A stretch of 63,952 nt of DNA, counting the filler. It is 5 parts of 5 records of this genome, joined end to end, with 100 filler letters (N's around TTAATTAATTAA, not from the genome) between each part and the next. Parts side by side here need not be neighbours in the genome. Positions count along the whole stretch, not along the records: positions 1 to 22,071 come from SRR20825010_4137; 4 more parts are not named here. One strand, given 5' to 3'. Of this stretch, positions 11,037-19,621 are shown piece after piece; the stretch's first letter is position 1; every line of letters starts with the position of its first letter. The position numbers and the translations under genes are program-made. The notes under the pieces are model-generated. The model had not been told where the DNA came from. It was given only the letters and a program-made list of their open reading frames with translations, and searched no databases.

Positions 11037-11804
11037 ATGGATTATACCAAACTTATGGACTTTAGCGGCAAGGTCGTCTTCGTGTCCGGTTCATCCCGGG
11101 GGATTGGTGAAGCAATTGTTCGCGCTTTCGCGGCCAACGGCGCGAAGGTTATCGTTTCCTCACGCGATCAGGAAGCATGTGAGAAAGTGGCCGCCAGTAT
11201 TAATGAATATGGCGGGGACGCAAAAGCCAAAGCCGCTCACGCTGGTAAGATGGATGACGTGCAAGCGGTGTTTGACTGGATCAAAACCGAATACGGCAGG
11301 CTTGATGTGCTGGTGAATTGTGGTGGCACTAACCCGTTCTACGGCAACATCGGCGATACCCCCGAGCCGGCGTTCGACAAGACGATTGACGTTAACCTCA
11401 AGGGGCCTTTTTACTTGTCCGCCGAGGCAGTGAAGATGATGAAAGTCCAAGGCGGGGGCGCTATCGTGAATGTGGCCTCTATCAACGGTATTTCGCCCGG
11501 CCATCTGCAGGGCATCTATTCGATGACCAAATCTGCCATGATCAATATGACCAAGGCTTACGCGCGCGAGTATGGCCACGATGGTATCCGCGTTAACGCC
11601 ATATGCCCCGGTTTGGTGGATACCAAAATGACAGCGGTTTTCACCTCTAACGAAGATATGTTGTCCAAATATACCAGTCAGTTCCCAATCCCGCGCGCAG
11701 GCAAGCCGGAGGATATGGTGGGCGGCGTGCTGTATCTGGCATCTGACGCTGCGGCCTTCACCACTGGCACGACGTTGGTGATGGACGGTGGTTGGACTGC
11801 ATAG
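11037..11804 (+). CDS. Short-chain dehydrogenase/reductase (DHRS4/3-oxoacyl reductase-like)
   Basis: SGSSRGIG, YSMTK, IRVNAICPGLVDT and MDGG motifs. Confidence 0.92.
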   Translation: MDYTKLMDFSGKVVFVSGSSRGIGEAIVRAFAANGAKVIVSSRDQEACEKVAASINEYGGDAKAKAAHAGKMDDVQAVFDWIKTEYGRLDVLVNCGGTNPFYGNIGDTPEPAFDKTIDVNLKGPFYLSAEAVKMMKVQGGGAIVNVASINGISPGHLQGIYSMTKSAMINMTKAYAREYGHDGIRVNAICPGLVDTKMTAVFTSNEDMLSKYTSQFPIPRAGKPEDMVGGVLYLASDAAAFTTGTTLVMDGGWTA

Positions 11805-11815
11805 GGGGCGTTATC

Positions 11816-12889
11816 GTGACAGAAGAACTGAATAAAACCGTACAGGTTCGTGAAGGTGAGGAACTGGACGCACAGGTGATCGATAAGATCATCAAAGACC
11901 GTATTGGTGGGCTTGAGGGCACACCAACTATCAGGCAATTTGCCAGCGGCCATTCCAACCTCACTTACTCAATTCAGTATGGAAACAAGAATTTCGTTCT
12001 AAGGCGCCCGCCTTTTGGTACGCGCCCAAAATCTGGCCATAGCATGATCCGCGAATTTAGCGTGATGAATGGCTTGAAACCAACGTTTCCGGCTGTGCCA
12101 GAGACCTATTTCCATATGACGGAGGAAGAAAGCCCATTGGGCGCTGAATTCTACGTCATGGAGCAGGTGGATGGCCGCAAATTGGACCGGACTATCCCTG
12201 AAAGCTGGGGTTTTGGTGAAGAGGAGGGGCGCAAGCTATGCCTCTCGTTCTTCCATAAACTGATCGAGCTTCATAAGGTCGATTTTAAAGCCGCAGGCCT
12301 CGCTGATTTTGGCAAACCGGAAGGGTATGTCGAGCGACAAGTGATGGGTTGGAACCGCCGATATGAGAAGGTTATCACTGATGATGTCGAGAGCTTTGAA
12401 GACGTGCGTAAGTGGCTTGACGCCCATATGCCATCTGGTGAGGTTGGGCATTCTGTACTTCACGGCGACTACCGGCTCGATAATGTGATCTTGTGCGAAG
12501 AAAATCCTTTTGAAATCAAGGCAATACTTGATTGGGAGATCAGTGCGCTTGGTGATCCGCTCATGGACCTTGGCAACACTTTGGCATATTGGTCCCAGCG
12601 CGGCGACCCGGAAGACATGATCAGGATGTGCATGCAGCCATGTCTTGCGCCTGGCATGCTAACCCGTGAAGAAATTTGCGAGATTTACGCGAAAGAGACT
12701 GGCTATGACCTGGCCAAGTTCGACTATTACCTAGTTTACGGTGTGTTTCGTTTGGCGGTGATTTTGCAGCAAATTTACTATCGCTACTATCACGGGCAAA
12801 CCAAGAACAAGGCTTTCGCAGGTTTTGGTGTGCGCACGAACCAGATTGGTAATTATGCACGGTATTTGATTGAAAAGTCTAATATCTAA
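11816..12889 (+). CDS. APH-family phosphotransferase, ACAD10/11 N-terminal / LvaA-like
   Basis: GHSNLTY, VLRRPP, HGDYRLDN (Brenner motif) and ILDWEISALGDPLMDL. GTG start at 11816. Confidence 0.9.
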   Translation: MTEELNKTVQVREGEELDAQVIDKIIKDRIGGLEGTPTIRQFASGHSNLTYSIQYGNKNFVLRRPPFGTRPKSGHSMIREFSVMNGLKPTFPAVPETYFHMTEEESPLGAEFYVMEQVDGRKLDRTIPESWGFGEEEGRKLCLSFFHKLIELHKVDFKAAGLADFGKPEGYVERQVMGWNRRYEKVITDDVESFEDVRKWLDAHMPSGEVGHSVLHGDYRLDNVILCEENPFEIKAILDWEISALGDPLMDLGNTLAYWSQRGDPEDMIRMCMQPCLAPGMLTREEICEIYAKETGYDLAKFDYYLVYGVFRLAVILQQIYYRYYHGQTKNKAFAGFGVRTNQIGNYARYLIEKSNI

Positions 12890-12916
12890 CGCTTCATCTG
12901 CTGCTCACGCTCGGAT

Positions 12917-12950
12917 AATGCATCATGATGCAACTCATGGTGCATTTTAT
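12917..12950 (+). terminator. Stem-loop after the catabolic operon (terminator or operator)
   Basis: AATGCATCATGA-TGCAAC-TCATGGTGCATT followed by T-rich sequence; contains the perfect palindrome TGCATCATGATGCA. Confidence 0.45.
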
Positions 12951-13071
12951 TTACCTTTGTGTGATCAACTGTTTTTGAAGAAGGGCTTAACGGATTCGTT
13001 TGATCCGAAGGGGCCTTCCTGTTTATGTTTGGTGCACTAAGGCGGGTGGGGCCCGACTGAGGGGTAATATA

Positions 13072-13821
13072 TTGGCAGAGAAACTAGCGTTTTCGCTCGC
13101 GCTTGACCTGATGTTCAATGGTCAGGATATGGATTATTGCGAGCGTCCGATCAGCCTTTCCATCATTGATGAAATGGCTATGTTCCAGGATCTTCCAAAA
13201 CGCGCCAACGTGGGCGTTGTTGCGGCAGGAGGTGGGCGCCTTGTGCGAACACTGGCGGAGCGAGGCTTCACCGTCGATGCGTTTGAGGGTCGCCATGAGT
13301 GCGCTGAGCATCTTGAGCGGGTTTTCTTGACATCAAAAGCTGTAAGGGTCTTGCCAGCTACTCAACTGGAAGACCCAACAAGGCGGGAAAAGTTCAACTA
13401 TGACGCGCTCTTTTGCATGGATGACCTGCGCGCTTTTCGGGAAGATCAGGAGTGGACAGAACATGTTCAGCAAATGGTCAAGCCAAATGGCTATTTTGTC
13501 TATTCGCAGGTATCAAACAACCTGCCGACCAAGAGGAATACACTAACCAAATATTTTGACCTTGCAGGAAACTACAATGTCTCGGAGGAGACATCCCACC
13601 TCGTGCGGGAAAGTTATATGGAGCTCGCTGACTGGAGCCCGGATGAAAGTCAGAAACGCACCGCGATAGAAGCACTGGATATGGTGAAGGTTGGTCGTCA
13701 GTTAAGGCGCAGCATTCGCGACGGTGTTGAGGTACGTTACGTGGTGTGGCGCAAAAAGAGTGCTCAGAAACCCCAGTTGAAGAAACCAGTGGGTAAATCA
13801 AAAATATGGCCAGCGGATTAA
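13072..13821 (+). CDS. Class I SAM-methyltransferase-fold protein with degenerate motif I
   Basis: VGVVAAGGGRLVRTLAERGFTVDAFE, YDALFC and MVKPNGYFVY align to MTase motifs I-III. TTG start follows a GAGGGG RBS; start is uncertain. Confidence 0.65.
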   Translation: MAEKLAFSLALDLMFNGQDMDYCERPISLSIIDEMAMFQDLPKRANVGVVAAGGGRLVRTLAERGFTVDAFEGRHECAEHLERVFLTSKAVRVLPATQLEDPTRREKFNYDALFCMDDLRAFREDQEWTEHVQQMVKPNGYFVYSQVSNNLPTKRNTLTKYFDLAGNYNVSEETSHLVRESYMELADWSPDESQKRTAIEALDMVKVGRQLRRSIRDGVEVRYVVWRKKSAQKPQLKKPVGKSKIWPAD

Positions 13822-13836
13822 GCTGGCCACCCGGTT

Positions 13837-14700
13837 TTAATCTTCTTTTTTCATACGTAGCAGCGCTTCTTGCGCTGTGGAGGCTAACAAGCGCCCCGCG
13901 CGGTCATAAAGCGCGCCACGGGCAAGGCCTCGGCCTTTGCCGGTCCAATACCCGTCAGTGCGGTAAAAAATCCAATCGTCAACGCGGAAGTTTTCGCGGT
14001 GAAACCACATGGCATGGTCGAGACTGGCAACGGTTTTGAGCCGAGGATCCCGTGGGATCATGGCGTGGGGCCGAAGGTTCGCGGACAGGAAGGCAAAGTC
14101 GGAGATATAGGCCATCAGCCTGCCGTGCAGGGCTTGGTCACCGGATATCTCTTCCTTCAACTTGAACCAATAGCCTGTTTCCGGGCTTTTTGGGGCCGGG
14201 TTTTCCAGGTCCATCCTGTCAATCGAACGCATCTCAAACGGCATGAAGGGCTTATCTTTGGGTTGTTTGCCAAAGGCGCGAAGCACTCGAGCGTAATAAG
14301 CTTCATCGTCTTCAAGATCTTCCGGCATTGGCACTTCTGGCATGTCGATCTGGTGTTCAACACCACTTTCCCCCACATGGAAGGAGACCGAGATCGTGAA
14401 AATTGCCTCACCGTTCTGGATGGCAACAACTCGGCGGGTGACAAAGCTACGGCCGTTCCTGATAGGGTCCACGTCATAGATAATGGGCTGACCAGCAATG
14501 CCGGGCCTTAGGAAATAACAATGCAATGAGTGTAGCTTGTAGGCGGGTTCAACCGTCAATGTTGCAGCTTCCATCGCCTGCGCGAGAATATGGCCACCAA
14601 ACACATGTTTGTTGGGCCAGTCGTTTGGGTCGCCACGAAACAGGAGGTTATCCAGCCGCTCTATAGCAAGCGCGTCAATGATCGGTTGTACCGTGTTCAT
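13837..14700 (-). CDS. tesB: Acyl-CoA thioesterase II
   Basis: VFGGHILAQA, HSLHCYFLRPG, AYISD, ASLDHAMWFH and STAQEAL motifs. Confidence 0.9.
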   Translation of the reverse strand: MNTVQPIIDALAIERLDNLLFRGDPNDWPNKHVFGGHILAQAMEAATLTVEPAYKLHSLHCYFLRPGIAGQPIIYDVDPIRNGRSFVTRRVVAIQNGEAIFTISVSFHVGESGVEHQIDMPEVPMPEDLEDDEAYYARVLRAFGKQPKDKPFMPFEMRSIDRMDLENPAPKSPETGYWFKLKEEISGDQALHGRLMAYISDFAFLSANLRPHAMIPRDPRLKTVASLDHAMWFHRENFRVDDWIFYRTDGYWTGKGRGLARGALYDRAGRLLASTAQEALLRMKKED

Positions 14701-14733
14701 AAATCCTCATGGGGTAGGGATAACTTTTGGGGT

Positions 14734-15513
14734 TTAATCCCGGAAACTTGGGTCAAGCCTGTCCATCTTACGTAAAATAGCAGGCCAGACAAAATTATCT
14801 GCACCATTGGCACCAGCGACGACCTGCACGTCCCGCACCGCGTTGTCGAGTGAGCTTTTGCTGGGTGCATGCAATGGCACCCCCGTTGCTTGCGTCAGCA
14901 CCTGAATTTTACAGGCCTTCTCAAGGAAGAACATCAGTTCAAAGGCTTTCGCAACGCTGCTGCCCGCTGTGAGAGTGCCGTGGTTGCGCAAGATGAGTGC
15001 GTTTTTGGTGCCCATATCGGCAACCAGGCGCTCTTTCTCACCATCATTTACGGCAAAGCCTTCATAATCATGATAGGCAACGCTCATCCATGGTGGGATA
15101 GAGCTCTGGCAAATCGGCAGCAAACCATTTTTTTGATTGGAGACGGCGATGCCGTAGTCTGTGTGCAGATGCAGTACACACATGGCGTCGTCTCGCGCTT
15201 CATGGATAGCGCTGTGGATGACAAACCCAGCGGCGTTGGGAATGAAGGGTGTGTCCATAAGCTGCTTGCCGCTCAGGTCGACCTTCACAAGACTTGAGGC
15301 GGTGATCTCTTCGAACATCAGCCCTAGCGGGTTGATAAGGAAGTGATGATCTGTACCGGGGATGCGGGCGGAAATATGGGTATAGATCAGGTCGTCCCAG
15401 CCCAAATGCGCCACCATACGATAGGCGGCAGCAAGGTTGACCCGTGTTTCCCATTCTGTGGCGGACACTTTGTCCTTCACTGAACCAATATCCAACATTC
15501 CAGGTTTCGCCAT
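14734..15513 (-). CDS. Class II aldolase/adducin family protein
   Basis: IYTHISAR, FEEITASSLVKVD, GFVIHSAIH, HLHT and LILRNHG metal-binding His motifs. Confidence 0.9.
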   Translation of the reverse strand: MAKPGMLDIGSVKDKVSATEWETRVNLAAAYRMVAHLGWDDLIYTHISARIPGTDHHFLINPLGLMFEEITASSLVKVDLSGKQLMDTPFIPNAAGFVIHSAIHEARDDAMCVLHLHTDYGIAVSNQKNGLLPICQSSIPPWMSVAYHDYEGFAVNDGEKERLVADMGTKNALILRNHGTLTAGSSVAKAFELMFFLEKACKIQVLTQATGVPLHAPSKSSLDNAVRDVQVVAGANGADNFVWPAILRKMDRLDPSFRD

Positions 15514-15621
15514 GTTCCCCTCCTGATCAAAACACGAAAGATAGCCTATGAGTTTTGGCTATCCAGAATAAAAAGTAGAGCAAATTATACTGACGTCCAA
15601 AGGCGAATAGAAATTAGCTAC

Positions 15622-17040
15622 TTAATCGGGTTTGGTATCGCTCTTGCGGCTGAAGAACGTGCGAACCGTACCGCGACTAACTCCCGCGACGGACTGTAGA
15701 GCCAGCGGCGCGTGCGGGTGGGTCTCCAACTCATTCCAGTCAATGTTGCGGAAGCGAATAATCAGAAGCGTGGCTTTGATCAGGTAATCGGCAATGATAA
15801 CCGAGTACATTGCTTCAACCGGGCCGCCAAGTGCGCGTACTATAAAACCGATAGAGAGTCGCCCCACGATCATGCCTGCAAACGTGACGTAGAGCGGGAA
15901 GCGGGTATCGCCTGCACCGCGAAGGGCGCCACCAATTGCAAACTCAATCGCCATTAGGGGCTGTACCAGCGCGAGGATAAGCACAAAAAACTCCGTATGG
16001 GCCCGCACTGTCTCATCGGTTGAGAGAAGTGCCGCGATAGGGCCACGAAAGCAAAAGGTCAGAATCGCAAGCAGCGTCATGCCAAGCACGGCAAGGCGTG
16101 TGGCGGCCCAGCCGCTCGCGATTGCACCCTCTGCATCTTTTGCTCCCAGCCGCTGCCCCGCGAGAGTGGCGCTCGCAGTCCCGAACCCAAGCCCGACAAC
16201 TATGGTAACGCTGAGGACGGTGATGCCAATGCCGTATGCTGCAAAAGCTGCAGTGCCGTAGCTTGAGAGCAACATCATAAACAGGAGGAAGCTGACCTGG
16301 ATGAGAATTTGCTCAAGCGCGGCTGGTGTGCCGATAGAGACCAATATTCCCACACGGCGCCGATCAAGGGCTTCGTTCAGCTTGGGTGTAAGCGCATAGC
16401 TGTTCATTAGCCAGCGCGCAGCAAACCACAGTACCACGGCAAGCTGGCCAGTAGCTGTGCCCCAAGGTATGCCTGAAACTCCCATTTCAGGCAGGCCGAG
16501 ATACCCATGAACCAGAACCAACGATCCAAGCACGCTGAAAAGCGTACTGACTGCCGTAAACCTCAGGGGGCGGATGACATCACCAATCGCCCGAAAGGCT
16601 GTCGCCACCGTCATCATCAGCGCAAAAACCACATTCAGCAGGCTGGCCGGGCGAATATAGTCCACAGCCAGCGCCTCAGTATGCGGGTCCAGGCCGAAGA
16701 GATGAACAATATTGGGGGCGAAAAGATATGTAATGGACCCCAGAAACAGGGAAATGAGCGCCGCGAGCACAAGGGAGCTTGTGGTGGCAGCGGATGCTTC
16801 TTCACCGTCGTCACCGCCCCACGCACGCGCCACAACTGCTGTGGTGGCAACAGAAAGTGCCATGGCTGCTGCCATCAGAAGAAAATGCACGCGTCCCCCT
16901 GTTACAACGGCCGCACTGGCCTCCCTGCCAAAGGGAGCCACAATCCACAGATGAGCGAACGAGATGGATACCATCAGGACGTTGCTGATGATATTCGGCC
17001 CTGCAAGGTTCCAGACAGTTTTATATGAGAAGGCCGCCAT
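15622..17040 (-). CDS. MATE family efflux transporter
   Basis: Two repeats with FRAIGD...P and GALRGAGDTRFP motifs, about 12 TM segments. Confidence 0.9.
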   Translation of the reverse strand: MAAFSYKTVWNLAGPNIISNVLMVSISFAHLWIVAPFGREASAAVVTGGRVHFLLMAAAMALSVATTAVVARAWGGDDGEEASAATTSSLVLAALISLFLGSITYLFAPNIVHLFGLDPHTEALAVDYIRPASLLNVVFALMMTVATAFRAIGDVIRPLRFTAVSTLFSVLGSLVLVHGYLGLPEMGVSGIPWGTATGQLAVVLWFAARWLMNSYALTPKLNEALDRRRVGILVSIGTPAALEQILIQVSFLLFMMLLSSYGTAAFAAYGIGITVLSVTIVVGLGFGTASATLAGQRLGAKDAEGAIASGWAATRLAVLGMTLLAILTFCFRGPIAALLSTDETVRAHTEFFVLILALVQPLMAIEFAIGGALRGAGDTRFPLYVTFAGMIVGRLSIGFIVRALGGPVEAMYSVIIADYLIKATLLIIRFRNIDWNELETHPHAPLALQSVAGVSRGTVRTFFSRKSDTKPD

Positions 17041-17296
17041 ATGCTCTCGTGCTCGGGTGTTTTGCCAGAATGGCAGCTTAGCGGAATGAGTTAGGGCAAT
17101 TTTTTGGTCTGGCTAGAGTGCCGGGGGAAATATCGCACGAGTGCAAAAGAATAAGCACAATCTTCACTTGTCAGCCTTGAATAGAGGGGAAACCGCCTTA
17201 CTCCTTACCATTAGCTTTTCAGGCAGACGTAACGTCCTGCGCTGGAACGTCGGCTCCGGGAAGAGCCGAAGGGAGAATGGAGAGGGGTATCGTACC

Positions 17297-18463
17297 ATGA
17301 GTGATTTGCAAGCTTTCCGCACCGAGACGCGCGAATGGCTGGAGGCCAACTGTCCGGCATCAATGCGTACGTCGATGAAGGGCGAGCAGGATTTTTGTTG
17401 GGGTGGCCGCAATTTCGTTTTTCAAAGCGATGATCAAAAGTTGTGGCTTGAGCGCATGGGCGCCAGGGGGTGGACTGTTCCAACCTGGCCCGCGGAATAT
17501 GGCGGCGGCGGCCTCTCGAAAGAAGAAGGCAAAGTGCTTGCGGAAGAAATGCGCCGCATTAAGGCGCGCGTGCCGCTGGTATCCTTTGGCATCTGGATGC
17601 TTGGCCCAGCGCTTCTAAAGTTTGGCACGCATGAGCAGAAGCTTGAGCATTTGCCCAAGATTGCCCGCGGCGAAATTCGTTGGTGTCAGGGGTATTCAGA
17701 ACCCAATGCGGGCTCAGACCTCGCGAGCCTTGCAACCAAGGCGGAAGACAAAGGCGATCACTATATCGTCAATGGCCAGAAGATATGGACTTCATACGCC
17801 GATAAGGCTGATTGGATTTTCTGCCTGATCAGGACCGATACCACGGTTAAGCATGAAGGTATCAGCTTTGTGCTTTTCGATATGGAAACAGAGGGTGTTT
17901 CCACCAAGCCCATCAAGTTGATCTCTGGAAATTCACCTTTCTGCGAAACTTTCTTTGATGACGTGAAGGTCTTGAAGAAAAATCTCGTGGGTGAGGAAAA
18001 CAAGGGTTGGACTATCGCCAAATACCTGCTGACGCACGAACGCAGCAATATCGGCGACATGGGCGTGCCAACCCCTCTCAGTATGTTGGCGAAACAGAAA
18101 CTTGGCGAGAAAGATGGTCAACTGCCAGACAGTTTGCTGCGGCACCAGATTGCGGAGCATGAGATAGACGCTGCGTCTTTCATGTTTACGCTTGAGCGGG
18201 CCAAAGATGCCGCGAAAGCGGGCGGTGATCAGGGTGCATTCTCTTCCGTTCTTAAAGGCTATGGCACTGAGCTCAATAAAGAACGCCATGAGCTTATCGT
18301 GAAGGTGAACGGCTCTGATGCGTTCGAGTGGGAAGGGCAGTTCTCCAACAATGGTGAGGTTGCGCGGTCCTGGCTCAGGACCAAAGGTAACTCGATTGAG
18401 GGCGGCACCACAGAAGTACAACTCAATATTGTTGCCAAGCGCATTCTTGGTTTGCCGAGTTAA
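17297..18463 (+). CDS. Acyl-CoA dehydrogenase, catalytic subunit of a PimC/FadE-type pair
   Basis: WCQGYSEPNAGSDLASL, NGQKIWTS, LLTHER and SIEGGTTEVQLNI. Start at ATG 17297 after GAGGGG. Confidence 0.92.
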   Translation: MSDLQAFRTETREWLEANCPASMRTSMKGEQDFCWGGRNFVFQSDDQKLWLERMGARGWTVPTWPAEYGGGGLSKEEGKVLAEEMRRIKARVPLVSFGIWMLGPALLKFGTHEQKLEHLPKIARGEIRWCQGYSEPNAGSDLASLATKAEDKGDHYIVNGQKIWTSYADKADWIFCLIRTDTTVKHEGISFVLFDMETEGVSTKPIKLISGNSPFCETFFDDVKVLKKNLVGEENKGWTIAKYLLTHERSNIGDMGVPTPLSMLAKQKLGEKDGQLPDSLLRHQIAEHEIDAASFMFTLERAKDAAKAGGDQGAFSSVLKGYGTELNKERHELIVKVNGSDAFEWEGQFSNNGEVARSWLRTKGNSIEGGTTEVQLNIVAKRILGLPS

Positions 18464-18477
18464 GGGGGAGTTAGATC

Positions 18478-19614
18478 ATGGCATTAGTACTGAATGAAGA
18501 ACAACAGCTCCTCAAGGAATCTGCAGAAGGGTTTTTCAAAGAGAAGGCACCCGTTAGCCAGTTGCGTCGTTTGCGCGATGACAAAGACGAGCTTGGCTAT
18601 TCGAAAGGCCTGTGGGCTGAGATGAGCGAGATGGGTTTTGCTGGCCTGTTGGTTGACGAAGACCACGGCGGCACAGCCTTTGGGTATGTAGGCGCGGGCA
18701 TTGTCGCGGAAGCGATGGGGCATACACTTTCACCGTCGCCCTTTATGGCGAGCAGTATTGTCGCCGCGTCGGTAGTTGCCGCTGCTGGGTCTGAGGCTCA
18801 AAAAGCAGAACTATTGCCCGTGATTGCTTCAGGCGAATTGGTTGTCACCTTCGCAATTGATGAAGGAAGTCGCCATAGCCCGGAAGATGTGGCGCTTAAG
18901 GCTGAAAAAGCAGGGGACGGGTACAAGCTCAGCGGCTTGAAGACTTTTGTGCCAGATGGCAGTGGTGCGGACAAAATTCTTGTCCTCGCACGGACTTCCG
19001 GCGAGGCAGGTGAACGCGATGGTTTGAGCCTTTTTATTGTTGATCGTGGGGCAAAGGGTTTGATCATCGATTCTATCGTATCTGTGGATAGCCGAAATTG
19101 GACAAAAGTCACTTTTGAGGGTGTTTCACTGGATGGTAGTGCGCTTATCGGAGGCGAGGGCAAGGCTCTGGACACTGTTGAGCCGGCGCTTGACCGGGCA
19201 CGGATTGTTGTGGCGGCGGAATTGCTTGGCATTTCACAGTATTGCTTCACCGAAACTGTTGAATATCTGAAGGAACGCAAACAGTTTGGCGTACCGATCG
19301 GTTCTTTCCAGGCTTTGCAGCATCGTGCTGCTGAGCTCTATGGGGAGATCGAGGTGACACGGTCAGCTGTCTTGAAAGCGCTCCAGATGGCAGATGCTGG
19401 CGGTGATGTCGCATGGTTTGCAAGTCTGGCTAAAGCAAAAGCCAGCAAGACTGCGGAGCTGGCCACGAACGAGGCCATTCAGATGCACGGCGGCATTGGT
19501 ATGACCGATGAGTTCGACATGGGTTTTTACATTAAGAGAGCACGGGTATTGCAACATTTGTATGGTGATTTCAATTACCATGCAGACCGTTTTGCCCACC
19601 TCTCTGGATACTGA
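18478..19614 (+). CDS. Acyl-CoA dehydrogenase, partner (PimD-type) subunit
   Basis: YLKERKQFGVPIGSFQALQH and IQMHGGIGMTDE; lacks the C-terminal YEGT motif. Confidence 0.9.
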   Translation: MALVLNEEQQLLKESAEGFFKEKAPVSQLRRLRDDKDELGYSKGLWAEMSEMGFAGLLVDEDHGGTAFGYVGAGIVAEAMGHTLSPSPFMASSIVAASVVAAAGSEAQKAELLPVIASGELVVTFAIDEGSRHSPEDVALKAEKAGDGYKLSGLKTFVPDGSGADKILVLARTSGEAGERDGLSLFIVDRGAKGLIIDSIVSVDSRNWTKVTFEGVSLDGSALIGGEGKALDTVEPALDRARIVVAAELLGISQYCFTETVEYLKERKQFGVPIGSFQALQHRAAELYGEIEVTRSAVLKALQMADAGGDVAWFASLAKAKASKTAELATNEAIQMHGGIGMTDEFDMGFYIKRARVLQHLYGDFNYHADRFAHLSGY

Positions 19615-19621
19615 GGGAAAG

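Noticed and set aside
4731..12970. TGTGATC recurring upstream of the MCP, ALDH and methyltransferase-like genes
   Set aside because: Only 7 bp, with no second half-site at CRP/FNR spacing; could be chance.
17223..17270. GACGT-A-ACGTC palindrome and adjacent hairpin upstream of the ACAD pair as a LiuR site or riboswitch
   Set aside because: The spacer is one base shorter than the LiuR-type consensus I recall, and there is no recognisable aptamer.
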